Shown: piece by piece, positions 48,891 to 58,843 of the stretch | How the letters are laid out: every line of letters begins with the position of its first letter | How positions within the stretch are numbered: the first letter of the stretch is position 1 | Source of the DNA: an uncultured Gemmatimonadales bacterium | Lineage (GTDB): Bacteria > Gemmatimonadota > Gemmatimonadetes > Longimicrobiales > RSA9 | Length of the DNA: 64,000 nt | Assembly: GCA_963798085.1 (NCBI GenBank) | Contig: CAWCRS010000010.1 | Span: 96,001-160,000, forward strand | Direction of reading: 5' to 3' | The notes under the pieces: model-generated | Databases searched by the model: none | Told to the model about the DNA's origin: nothing | The model's input: only the letters and a program-made list of their open reading frames with translations | Program-made: the position numbers and the translations under genes

Positions 48891-49517
48891 TCAGCCGACG
48901 CGGAAGCGTTCACTCTTCGCCTCCACTCTGCGAGTGGGCAGACCGAGCAGCTTGATAAGCAGGCGTTTGGCGCCTTCGCCCACGGCATCGCCCAGCGAGC
49001 GCTGGCCGCTGACCGCCGGCCCCAGCTCGCCGCGCAGCCAGCGCTCGAGATCGTCCAGGTCGGACGAGGACAGCGTCTCGATCTGCAGGGTGGCTGTGTA
49101 GTAATACTGCCCCGGCTTGCGGGGCGCGATCGTCATCGGATACTCGGACTCGATCGACTCCCGCGCCGCCGCCCAGCTGGGATACCGCAGTGCGTTGCCG
49201 CGCGGCGGCCGCACAATGTACTGGCCTTCGAGCGGCTCGTACAGCAGCACCGTCGTCCAGTTCTCTGTGGACTCAATGTTATCAATGAAGCCGTCGTGCC
49301 AGAGTTCGACGCGCACCTGCACGCGGATGGGCAGGCCGCCGCGGATCGCTTCTTCCAGGGCCGCGTCATTCAGCACACTGCCCACACGCACCACGGCGTG
49401 CGCGGCGGCGCCATTCGCGTGAATGGCGAGGGGCGGCTGCTGGCCGCCCGGGCCCGCCCACCGCGGCGCGCCCGCGCTCAGCAGCAGAAACGCGGCGATC
49501 CGCGCGGCGCCCGTCAA
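48891..49517 (-). CDS. DUF4390-like periplasmic protein
   Basis: Signal peptide; LEEAIRGGLPIRV.VRVELW, LYEPL...Y pattern; position in an NtrY/NtrX-like operon. Confidence 0.65.
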   Translation of the reverse strand: MTGAARIAAFLLLSAGAPRWAGPGGQQPPLAIHANGAAAHAVVRVGSVLNDAALEEAIRGGLPIRVQVRVELWHDGFIDNIESTENWTTVLLYEPLEGQYIVRPPRGNALRYPSWAAARESIESEYPMTIAPRKPGQYYYTATLQIETLSSSDLDDLERWLRGELGPAVSGQRSLGDAVGEGAKRLLIKLLGLPTRRVEAKSERFRVG

Positions 49518-51214
49518 AGCCTGCGGCCGAGTCGCACGAAGAAGTTGAGGCCCTGGCCGGACCCGGACAGCGGCACACCCCAGTAGAGGCCGAAGCCGGC
49601 CAGGCGGAGCCCGATGCCCGCATCCGCCGCGAAGTCGGTCTGACCCCGGCCGCGACCCGCCAGTGCATCCGGTTCGTTCCAGGCGCGGCCCGCATCGAAG
49701 AACACGAGCCAGCGGACGGCGTGCTCAATGTTGAGGCTGCGACCCACCATCTCCGCCTTGCGCGAGAGCCAGGGGAAATTCGCCTGGTACTCCAGCTGCA
49801 CCAGCGCCACGCGATCACAGCCGTACCAGGGAAAGAATGGCGCGCCGTTCAGCGCCGCGGGGTGATCGCGGGCGCCGCAGTCGAATTCGTAGAGGTGATA
49901 GCCGGGCAGGTCGCCTTCACCGCCCAGCGCGTACTGTCGCTGCGGCGGCAGTGATGAGCCATCCGCGGAACCCGCGGCCCACGCACGCACCGCCATGCGC
50001 GAGCCCGGACCGAGTCGCACATAGCGGCGGATGTCGATCGACGCGATGGTGAAGCGTTCGCGCGATTCCAGCGCCGCGCTGACCAGGCTGTCACTGCGCG
50101 GCGCGGTCAGCGCCGGCTGGTGCAGTCGCCCGCCAACACCCTGTTCCAGACCCAGCTGGATCTGCCAGCCCGTGGCAGGATCAATGACTTCGTTGCGCGT
50201 ATCGAACTGCCCGTGCACGCTCACGCTGCGCAGGCGGCCCTGCGCGATGGCCGGCTGCGGCCGCCACGGATCCGCGTTGTCGAACAGCGACCACGGACTG
50301 CCCGGCGTGACCGAGTGATGGTCTTCTTCGCGGTACTCAATGGTGACGTCGTGTGGCCAGCCCGCGCGCGCGAGACGCACGTACGCGGCCCAGCCCTGCT
50401 GCTCGTAGGCGTCGCGGAAATCGCGGTGCAGCACGAACGTGGAGAGCGCGTTCTCGCGATCCGTGAGGCCCTTGTCTTCGATGGGCGTAATGTCGTCGAA
50501 CAGGCGCAAGCCGATTCTCGCAGTGTGCCCGCCGCCCAGGAACTGCTCGGCCCGCACGGCATAGCCCATCTGATCGGGATCAATGCGCAGGCCCGCAGCG
50601 CTGCGATACACGGCGAAGCCTTCCAGCGTCGTCGGATTCGAGCGGCCAATGCGCACGCGCGGGCCAATGGACACCGGGAGTCCCTCGACCCGGTTGTAAT
50701 CCCGCCTCGCGGCAACGAGGAAGTCCGTGCGTCCGAAGCCGAACTCACGACCCGCCGACAGCTCCGGCTCCAGCGCGGCCGGAGCGTAGACCAGCACATC
50801 GTTGTCGTGGCGGAAACGCAGCGGCTCGCGGTAGTGGGCAAGACCGCCGCCAATGCGCGCGAGGTCCTGCCCGGAGATGGAGCCGCCGACGACAGTCACG
50901 GAGCCGGTGATCTCCGCGCCGCTCTCCAGGTGCAGGTCTCCGTTGATGACGACGAGGTCGCCTTCCACTCTGCCGGCCACACTGAGCGGCCCGCCCAGTA
51001 CCGCGACCGGCGCACGCACCACGCTGCCCGCCGCCAGCCGGCTTTCCCCACTGAGCCGGACGGTGCCTGCGTCGTTGTAGAAGGCGACGACGCGCTCGGC
51101 CACGGTGTCGGCGAGCTGCGCCAGTGCCTCTCCCTGCGCCAGCGCCGGTGCCGGTCGCGCCAGCGGCAGCAGCGCCAGTGCGCAGACGCCGAACCACTTC
51201 GTCGCACGTTTCAT
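49514..51214 (-). CDS. outer-membrane beta-barrel protein (BamA/TamA-like C-terminus) with N-terminal beta-helix-like repeats
   Basis: Signal peptide; GRVEGDLVVINGDL repeats; YNRVEGL; LGGEGDLPGY, VFFDAGRAW, ADAGIGL, FFVRLGRRL C-terminus. Confidence 0.8.
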   Translation of the reverse strand: MKRATKWFGVCALALLPLARPAPALAQGEALAQLADTVAERVVAFYNDAGTVRLSGESRLAAGSVVRAPVAVLGGPLSVAGRVEGDLVVINGDLHLESGAEITGSVTVVGGSISGQDLARIGGGLAHYREPLRFRHDNDVLVYAPAALEPELSAGREFGFGRTDFLVAARRDYNRVEGLPVSIGPRVRIGRSNPTTLEGFAVYRSAAGLRIDPDQMGYAVRAEQFLGGGHTARIGLRLFDDITPIEDKGLTDRENALSTFVLHRDFRDAYEQQGWAAYVRLARAGWPHDVTIEYREEDHHSVTPGSPWSLFDNADPWRPQPAIAQGRLRSVSVHGQFDTRNEVIDPATGWQIQLGLEQGVGGRLHQPALTAPRSDSLVSAALESRERFTIASIDIRRYVRLGPGSRMAVRAWAAGSADGSSLPPQRQYALGGEGDLPGYHLYEFDCGARDHPAALNGAPFFPWYGCDRVALVQLEYQANFPWLSRKAEMVGRSLNIEHAVRWLVFFDAGRAWNEPDALAGRGRGQTDFAADAGIGLRLAGFGLYWGVPLSGSGQGLNFFVRLGRRL

Positions 51215-52560
51215 GGATCGATCCCCAGCCGGCGCATCCGGCGGTAGAGGTTGGGACGGTCGGTGCGCAGTCGCCGGGCCGCTTCGGCCACACTGCCGCC
51301 CGCATCCTGCAAAGAGCGTGTGATCACACGCCGCTCGAACGCATCCAGGCGTGCACCCAGCGGCAGCCCGTCATCGGCCGCGTCCGCGGCAGCCGGCGTC
51401 GCCTCCGCAACGAGTCCGCTCAGCGCCTGCGCGTCCACGGTGCCGCCCGTGTGCAGGATGGTCACCCGCTCGCAGACATTGGCCAGCTCGCGCACATTGC
51501 CGGGCCAGGCGTACGCCGCCAGCGCCCGTAATGCTTCGTTAGTAAGCGCCGGCGGCGTCAGGCCCGCGCGCTGGCGCAGCTGCGCGAAGAAATGCGCCAC
51601 CAGCTCGGGAATGTCCTGCGGCCGCTCGCGCAGCGCCGGCAGATGGATGCGCACCACGTTGAGGCGGTAGAACAGGTCGCGGCGGAAGCGCCCGCTGTCC
51701 ATTTCCGCGCGCAGGTCACGGTTGGTCGCGGCGATCACCCGCACATCGAGGGTGATGGCCCGCTCCGCGCCCAGCCGCTCAATGGTGCCGGACTCCAGAA
51801 CGCGCAGCAGCTTGGCCTGCGCCGCCTCGCCCAGGTCCGCCACTTCGTCCAGCAGCAGTGTGCCGTTCTGCGCCAGTTCGAAGCGGCCGCGGCGCAGCTC
51901 GGTCGCGCCCGTGAACGCGCCCCGCTCGTGCCCGAACATTTCGGACTCCACCAGATCGCGCGGAATGGCGGCGCAGTTCACGCGCACGAAGGGCCGCGCG
52001 CTGCGCAGCAATGCACCGTGCAGCGCATTGGCGGCCACTTCCTTGCCCGCGCCACTCTCCCCGGTCAGCAGCACGCGCGCATCGGTGCGTGCCACCTGTG
52101 CAATTACTTCGCGCACGGCCTGCATGGCCGGGCTCGAACCCACCAGCATGCTGCCCGCGCCGTGGTCCGCCGTCAGTGTGCGCGCCAGCTCGCGCGCCCG
52201 GCGCAGCTCGACGGCGCCGTCCAGCGCCAGCAGCAGGGCCTCCGGCGAAAGCGGCTTTTCCAGGAAATGGAACGCACCCGTACGCGTGGCGCGCACGGCA
52301 TCGGAAAGCGTGGCACGCCCGCTCATCATGACGACGGGCACATCGGGCCAGCGGCCGCGCAGCTGTTCCAGCAGAGCGAGTCCCGTGGTGCCGGGAAGGG
52401 CAAGGTCGAGAAGAACGGTCTCGGGCTCGGCAGTGTGCATCGCGTCGAGCGCGGAAGACGCATCGCCGGCCACGACCACCGAGTGTCCTTCCGCCTCCAG
52501 CAGCCCGGCGAGCATCCGCCGGATGTTCGCCTCATCGTCCACGACCAGGATCCTGGCCAT
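51211..52560 (-). CDS. sigma54-dependent response regulator (NtrX/NtrC-like)
   Basis: ILVVDDE receiver, LLTGESGAGKE, ESEMFGHERGAFTGA, FRRDLFYRLNV, WPGNVREL, Fis-type HTH. Confidence 0.95.
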   Translation of the reverse strand: MARILVVDDEANIRRMLAGLLEAEGHSVVVAGDASSALDAMHTAEPETVLLDLALPGTTGLALLEQLRGRWPDVPVVMMSGRATLSDAVRATRTGAFHFLEKPLSPEALLLALDGAVELRRARELARTLTADHGAGSMLVGSSPAMQAVREVIAQVARTDARVLLTGESGAGKEVAANALHGALLRSARPFVRVNCAAIPRDLVESEMFGHERGAFTGATELRRGRFELAQNGTLLLDEVADLGEAAQAKLLRVLESGTIERLGAERAITLDVRVIAATNRDLRAEMDSGRFRRDLFYRLNVVRIHLPALRERPQDIPELVAHFFAQLRQRAGLTPPALTNEALRALAAYAWPGNVRELANVCERVTILHTGGTVDAQALSGLVAEATPAAADAADDGLPLGARLDAFERRVITRSLQDAGGSVAEAARRLRTDRPNLYRRMRRLGIDP

Positions 52561-52582
52561 GCGCGGAAGCGAGGTCAGCCGG

Positions 52583-53299
52583 TCATCGGCCGACGATCAG
52601 ATCCGCGACGATCGGCGAGCCCGAGTTCGTCAGCGTGCGGGCTGTGCGACACGCAATGCGCGCCGAAGGCCCGAAGAGAAGGCGGACATTGCTCTCTGCG
52701 GGAGGCGGCGCATTCGGGCCCGCACACTCGCGCGCGCTGCCGTACGCAGCACGCAGCAGTGCCACCACGGAATCCGCGGCCTCCGGCGACGGCCCCGTGA
52801 CGGCCAGCACGATTGCCGCGTTGGCTCCCACATCCGTGGCCACATAGGAGAGCAGTGTCCGTACCGCCTCGCGCAGATCACTGCGCGCGGAAATCCCCAC
52901 CAGCATGAGATCCAGCTGGCGGTTCTTGGCGATCTCGTAGAGGGCATCGTGCATGTGCATGCGCGAGCCATCGCCCACACCCAGCACGATCGAGGTGTCG
53001 CCCAGGATCTTCAGGTTCGTGAGGAACGCCTTGGCGGTGGGCTCGGTGTGGCCCGGCCCGCTCAGCGCCAGACCGGTCTCGTGCGAGACATCGGCGAACC
53101 AGGCGCTGTCCTCCGTGGCAGTGACCAACACAATGTTAGCACCGGCGTCCTTCACCACCTGCGCCGCCTGCGCGGCCGTGGACCCCGCCGGCGCTTCCCA
53201 GGCCAGCGTGTGGTATTCCTCGGGTTTGGGCCCACCCAGCCGAACCGAGCAGCCGGTCAGGGCCAGCAGCAGCACAGAGCGCATCGCGTACTTGAGCAC
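52583..53299 (-). CDS. hypothetical lipoprotein
   Basis: Lipobox LALTGC; abuts the kinase stop codon. Confidence 0.75.
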   Translation of the reverse strand: MLKYAMRSVLLLALTGCSVRLGGPKPEEYHTLAWEAPAGSTAAQAAQVVKDAGANIVLVTATEDSAWFADVSHETGLALSGPGHTEPTAKAFLTNLKILGDTSIVLGVGDGSRMHMHDALYEIAKNRQLDLMLVGISARSDLREAVRTLLSYVATDVGANAAIVLAVTGPSPEAADSVVALLRAAYGSARECAGPNAPPPAESNVRLLFGPSARIACRTARTLTNSGSPIVADLIVGR

Positions 53300-53300
53300 G

Positions 53301-54620
53301 TCAGCCTCTCGTCATCGTGGTTTCCAGGGCGCCCGGTTCGCCCGGCAGACGGATCACGAACTCCGCGCCTCGACCATGGCGATTGCGCGCGGTCGCGGTT
53401 CCGCCGTGCGCGGCAGTCACCTGCCGCACAATGGCCAGACCCAGACCTGTGCCTTTCCGCTTGAAGCTGCGGTCCGGTTCGAAAATAGCCTCCGTCTGCC
53501 CGTCAGGGATGCCGGGGCCGTTGTCGGCCACCACCACCTCGACGGCGTCACCCTCCACCGCACACGCGCGCACGTCGATAACACCGTCGTCCTGGCTCAC
53601 CGCTTCCACCGCATTGCGGATGACGTTGCGGAACGCGCGCTGCAGCGCGTCGTGATGCCCGTGCACGAAGGTGCCTGCGGGTACATCGAGCGAGCGCCGG
53701 ATGCCGTCCGGCACATCCGTGCGCAGCAATCCGTCCAGCAGCTCGTGCATATCCACGGCGGCCAGTGGACCGAGCGCCGGCTGGCCCAGCGCAGCAAAGC
53801 CGCGGGCCAGGTCATCGAGACGCTGCGTTTCCTCGCGAATGATGCCGGCGATCTCGCGCAGCCCTGCGTCCTGCTGTGCCGCCCGCTCCACGCGGTGGGC
53901 CGCCAGACGCAGCGGCGTCAGTGGATTCTTCATTTCGTGCGCCACCCGCCGGGCCATTTCCCCCCAGGCGCGGGTGCGCTCGGCATCCAGCTCGCGGCGA
54001 TGCGCCTCAGCGATCTGTCCTGACGCCTCGCGCAGAGCGCCGCGCAGCACCTGTACCTCGTGGGGTTCGCTCGCCTCTGTGCGATCGGGCGGAGGCAGCG
54101 GCTCGCTGCGACCCAGGCGGCCCGCCCACGCGACCAGATCCTCGATGGGATGCGCCAGGTCCCGTGCCAGTCGACGGCTCAGCAGCAGGGCCACGCTCGC
54201 CAGCAGCAGCACCAGTGCCCCAATGACCAGAGGCGCCGCGGCCGCCGCACGCTCGCCCAGATACTGCCAGCGCCTCGCCTGTACCAGCGACTGCGACAAC
54301 TCCGCCCGGTGGCGCTCGGCCGCGGCCGCGAGAGCGGTATCGCCGGGCGTTTTTTCAGCCGCCTCGATCAGCGCCCGGCCCGATACCGCTACCTGGTTCC
54401 AGGGCCCGAGCGTGCCCAGCCAGCGCAGCGAGCGCGCACCCGCCAGCAGGGACGCCGCCAGCACCAGCAATGCGGGCAGCAACGCCAGCACCGCCAGCCA
54501 GCGGAAGAGTTTGTACTCGAGACGCTTTGGTCGCAGCGTGACCCGCCCCTGACTGATTCTCGCTTGTGCCCCTGCTCCGTGCGGCGGCGCAACTCGGCTC
54601 CGTCGCGTCCGATACTCCAA
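53301..54620 (-). CDS. sensor histidine kinase (NtrY-like, HAMP)
   Basis: AWGEMARRVAHEMKNPLTPLRL, NVIRNAVEA, DNGPGI, GTGLGLAIV; two TM segments; start uncertain. Confidence 0.92.
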   Translation of the reverse strand: MEYRTRRSRVAPPHGAGAQARISQGRVTLRPKRLEYKLFRWLAVLALLPALLVLAASLLAGARSLRWLGTLGPWNQVAVSGRALIEAAEKTPGDTALAAAAERHRAELSQSLVQARRWQYLGERAAAAAPLVIGALVLLLASVALLLSRRLARDLAHPIEDLVAWAGRLGRSEPLPPPDRTEASEPHEVQVLRGALREASGQIAEAHRRELDAERTRAWGEMARRVAHEMKNPLTPLRLAAHRVERAAQQDAGLREIAGIIREETQRLDDLARGFAALGQPALGPLAAVDMHELLDGLLRTDVPDGIRRSLDVPAGTFVHGHHDALQRAFRNVIRNAVEAVSQDDGVIDVRACAVEGDAVEVVVADNGPGIPDGQTEAIFEPDRSFKRKGTGLGLAIVRQVTAAHGGTATARNRHGRGAEFVIRLPGEPGALETTMTRG

Positions 54621-54873
54621 ATATACGACACTGTTCGCCGCGTCTGCCCTGACGTCGCAGCCGGCGTGTCACGCACCGGCGCGAGACCGGCGGCCCGGAC
54701 CTTTCCGGCTGGCGCAGACGTACGTCCGGAGTGCAGGCTTGTAGCGGGAATGAGCGCGCTGTGGCGCACGGGCACTCGAACTGGCCCGTCACTTCCAACG
54801 CGGGAAGTCGCGAGCCGCCGTCCCCGGCAACAGGAGAGCCGGGTCCGTTGGCGCCGAAGCAGGCAGGAACCGC

Positions 54874-55614
54874 ATGATCGTACCCAACATTCGCTCGTCG
54901 TTCGGTCGCCAGGAGGCCGCATTCCTCATCTGGCTGCTGGCCCGCGGCGAGGAACAGGAACGCGAGCGTCTGGAGGCGAGGCTCGGCGACGAGGGCCTCG
55001 ATCCGCTGCTCGATGATCCGCGCACCTTCAATGCGGTGCTCGCGGGTCGCGAATTCAGCAGTGCGTCGGCACAGCTCGTCTTTTATCTGCTCGTGCGCCA
55101 TGCGCTGCTCGAGGACGGCATCGCCGACCGCGTCCTCGCCGACTACCTGACAGCGTTGCTCGTCACCTTCGGCCATGCAGGCCGCGCCTTCCGCGTGGAA
55201 GATGGCGAGCAGGAGTTCCACCACCTGGTCGACATCGTGATGGCGGCCGGCGACTCGACCGGCGCGCGTGCATTCCAGCTGCGCGCGCACCTGGGCGAGT
55301 TCGCACTCTGGCTGAGCGGGCTGTTTCCGGACCACATTACCGCGCGCGTGCAGCGGCGAGGCGCACCCGGAATCGACTACTACGAAGAACTGGGTTCGCA
55401 GGGATACCGCATGGCCGCCCGTTACGCCGATGCGGAGAGTCACGGCCTGGACCGTCTCTATCTCACGTGCGCGGATGGCTTCCCTTCGCTGCGCACGGCC
55501 CTGAACCGCATCGCGGACCGCCACCTGTTCCCGGCCACCGGCGACCGAATTGAACGGCTGCTTCGCCAGGTGGCGGACAATTTCCGCGACACGCACGGCC
55601 CGCGCACGCACTGA
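54874..55614 (+). CDS. hypothetical protein
   Basis: 246 aa, typical codon bias, AGGA RBS; HLGEFALWLSGLFP...DYY..G..GY pattern. Confidence 0.75.
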   Translation: MIVPNIRSSFGRQEAAFLIWLLARGEEQERERLEARLGDEGLDPLLDDPRTFNAVLAGREFSSASAQLVFYLLVRHALLEDGIADRVLADYLTALLVTFGHAGRAFRVEDGEQEFHHLVDIVMAAGDSTGARAFQLRAHLGEFALWLSGLFPDHITARVQRRGAPGIDYYEELGSQGYRMAARYADAESHGLDRLYLTCADGFPSLRTALNRIADRHLFPATGDRIERLLRQVADNFRDTHGPRTH

Positions 55615-55647
55615 TTCCGAGACTTCTCCCACGCTCCCGGGGGCGTC

Positions 55648-56019
55648 GTGAAGACAGAGGTTCGTCCGGCTCGACTCGACCTGCGCGCCGCCAGCGCGCC
55701 CGACAATGCGACCCTCGCCGTGTGCCCGCACTGCTGGGAAGTGAACCTGCGCCCGCTCCGGCTCTGCGGCCGCTGCGGCGGCGACATGCACACACTGCTG
55801 CAGGAATCCGGTGGTCTGCGCGCAACGGCGGCCGTGCAGAGCCCGTTGCCCGTGCGCGTACGCGCTCGTCTGACGCCGCTGCAGCGCGCCATTGTGCTCG
55901 CGGTCGTCGTGCTGCTGATGCTCGTGCAGGTGCTGAGCGCCATCTATGCTTCCGCATGGCGGCCCGTGACGCTGCCCGCGGCACCGCCCGCCCCGATTCC
56001 GTTTCGCGGCCTGCCCTGA
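55648..56019 (+). CDS. hypothetical zinc-ribbon membrane protein
   Basis: CPHC...CGRC and one TM helix. Confidence 0.55.
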   Translation: MKTEVRPARLDLRAASAPDNATLAVCPHCWEVNLRPLRLCGRCGGDMHTLLQESGGLRATAAVQSPLPVRVRARLTPLQRAIVLAVVVLLMLVQVLSAIYASAWRPVTLPAAPPAPIPFRGLP

Positions 56020-57729
56020 CGCGCGGCGATGGGCCCGTCTGCTGCCAGCACGCGCAGCAGCGGTGTCACTTCCTGCAGTGTCGTCCGGCCCGTGCGCACT
56101 TTCGCCCATGCATCCTCGGCCAGCGTGACCATGCCTGCGGACCGGCCCGCTTCACGCAAGGCATCCGCGCTCCGGCCCCTCGCCAGCAGCTCCCGTACGC
56201 GGCGATCCACGAGCAGCAGCTCGAACAGACCCACCCTCCCGCGATAACCCGAGTTCTCGCAGCAATGGCAGCCCACCGCTTCGTGAACGACGACAGGCTG
56301 TGCGGGCAGTCCCAGTGCAGCCAGCTCTTCCGCCGGGGCGAGTCGCTCGCGCGCGCAGTGCGCACAAAGCCGGCGCGCCAGGCGCTGCGCCAGCACTCCG
56401 ATCAACCCGGCAGCAACGAGCCAGGGAGCCGCCCCCATGTCGGCCAGCCGCGTGGCCGCCGATGGCGCATCGTTCGTGTGCACCGTGGACAGCACCGAAT
56501 GCCCGGTCATGGCCGCCGCCATCGCGGTCTCGACGGTTTCCTTGTCGCGCAACTCGCCCACCATGATCGCATCCGGATCCTGGCGCAGAACGGCGCGCAG
56601 CGCTGCTGCGAAGCTGAGGCCCGAGCGTTTGTGCACCTGCACCTGCGTCAGTCCCTCGAGCCGGTACTCGACCGGATCCTCCAGCGTGGTGATGTTGCGC
56701 TGCCGACGGTCCAGCCCGCTCAGCGCCGCGTACAGCGTGGTGGTCTTGCCACTGCCCGTCGGGCCCGTGACCAGGATCACGCCGTGGCTCGTCTGCAGCA
56801 GGCGAGCGAAGCGCGCCTGCGTAACCGCGTCGAAGCCCAGTTCGTCGAGCGTGCGGCCCGCGTTGCGTGGATCCAGAATGCGGATCACGATCTTCTCGCC
56901 GCCCTGCGCCGGCAGCGTGGAAACGCGCAGCCCCAGCTCCCGGCCCTGCACGCTCACAGCGGCGCGACCATCCTGCGGCCGGCGCTTCACGGCAATGTCC
57001 ATGTCGGCCATCACCTTGACTCGTGACGCGAACCCGCCGGCCGCGTGCGCAGGCAGCACCAGCAGCTCGCGCAGCACGCCATCGACTCGCACCCGTACGC
57101 GCAGCGAGTCCGCCGCGGGCTCAATGTGCACATCGCTGGCGCCCGCCTGCACCGCGCGCGTCAGCACCAGCTCGACCAGCGCGACAATGGGCGCGGCTTC
57201 CGAAGCACGCCGCAGCGCCGCGACCTCGGCCGCCTCGCGCGTCTCCGTGCGCTGCCGCCGGCTGCGGCCGGCCAATGCGCGTGACGATCGCCTCGACTTC
57301 GCCCGCGTGATACGCACCCAGCGCGGTCTCCACGGAGCGCGGTGAAGCGACGAGCGGCTCGACCCGCCGCCCGGTCCGGAACTGCAGGTCGTCGATCGCC
57401 TCCGCGTCCAGCGGGTCCGCCATGGCGACCCGCAGCCGCCGCTCATCCCCCGCCATGGGCACCACCCGGAGTCGTGACGCCAGCTTGAACTCGACCATGC
57501 GCAGCGCCTGCGGATCCGCGCGTATGGGCGGCGCCGCGTACTCGAGGCGCAGCTGCGTCGCGAGTGCCTTCGCCACGGCCTCCGGATCCACGCCTCGCCG
57601 GATCAGCAGCTGGCCCAGCCGCTCACGCGTCTGCCGCTGCTCCACCAGCGCCGCATCCAGGACCTCCCTGTCCAGGACGCCGGCCGCCAGCAGCAGCTGC
57701 CCGAGCACACGCGCTTGCGATCCGGTCAT
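55944..57729 (-). CDS. GspE/PilB family secretion/pilus assembly ATPase; frameshift near 57250
   Basis: N-terminal LGQLL/RLGQLLI motifs, ASDVHIEP, PQDGR, GPTGSGKTT, TLEDPVEY, LRQDPD, GELRD, CAHC/CHCC, GYRGRVGLFELL. Confidence 0.9.
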
Positions 57730-57880
57730 CAGACTCCTGGCGACGACGTTCGGCCGGCATCCGTCGAACCACAGTGTGCCGGCGCGCTCAGAGTGCACTC
57801 GGGGGTGGGGCAGTGGAATGCGCGGAATGCGCCAATGTTGGTGCGCGCGCCGGCGCTGCGCCGCTACCTTCCGCAGAGTC

Positions 57881-58843
57881 ATGATCGAGCTGGCGGAAGT
57901 CACCAAGCGTTACGGCGGCGCCGCGCGAGGCGGCAATGACGCGCTCCGCGCTCTGTCCCTGCGCATCGCGCGGGGCGAAGCCGTCGGCATCGTCGGCCCC
58001 AATGGCGCCGGCAAGAGCACACTCCTCGGCCTCGTGCTCGGGTTCCTGCGGCCCACCGCGGGCAGACTCACGATCGACACGAAGGCGCCACGCGACTGGG
58101 TGCGCCGGAACGGCGCGGCCTGGCTGCCCGAGCGCTTCGCCCTGCCGCCCGAATGGCGGGTGCGCGCGGCGCTGGCCGCCTTTGCCCGGCTGGAAGGATT
58201 GTCAGGCGACGACGCCGCCCGCGCCGCCGGCGCTGCGCTCGCGCGCTTCGGCCTGGAAGCGCATGGCGAGCGGCGCGCCGGCACACTCTCGCGCGGACTG
58301 CTCCAGCGCACCGGTCTGGCCCAGGCGACGCTCGTCCCGCGCACCCTGGTCGTTCTCGACGAGCCCACCGAAGGCCTCGATCCACACGGCCGGTTTCTCC
58401 TGCGCGAAAGCGTGGCCGCCATGCGGGCCACCGGCGCCACCGTGCTGATCGCCAGCCACGACCTGGGGGAGCTGGAACGCATCGTGGATCGCGCGCTGCT
58501 GCTGGAGAGCGGCCGCGTGCGCGAGTCCCTCGCGCTGGCCGGGCGCCCGCCCGGTACGCTGCTGAACTACGAGTTAGGGCTGGCCGCGGAGGCGAGCGCC
58601 GTGCACGAGCTGTTCCCCGGCGCCCGCCGCCTGGACGGCCCCGCACCCGCGGGCGCTCCTGTCCGATACCACGTGGAAGTGCGCGATGCCGCCGACCTGA
58701 GCGCGCGGCTGGCCGCGCTGCTCGCGGCCGGCGGAGTGGTGCAGGCGCTGCTGCCGGTCAGCCCCTCGCTCGAACAGCGTGTCAGGCAGGCCCTGGAAAC
58801 ACCCGCCCCACCGCCAGCGGCGGCGGAGGAGGAGCTGTCGTGA
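57881..58843 (+). CDS. ABC transporter ATP-binding protein
   Basis: GPNGAGKST, LSRGLLQR, VLDEPTEGLDP, ASHDL. Confidence 0.93.
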   Translation: MIELAEVTKRYGGAARGGNDALRALSLRIARGEAVGIVGPNGAGKSTLLGLVLGFLRPTAGRLTIDTKAPRDWVRRNGAAWLPERFALPPEWRVRAALAAFARLEGLSGDDAARAAGAALARFGLEAHGERRAGTLSRGLLQRTGLAQATLVPRTLVVLDEPTEGLDPHGRFLLRESVAAMRATGATVLIASHDLGELERIVDRALLLESGRVRESLALAGRPPGTLLNYELGLAAEASAVHELFPGARRLDGPAPAGAPVRYHVEVRDAADLSARLAALLAAGGVVQALLPVSPSLEQRVRQALETPAPPPAAAEEELS

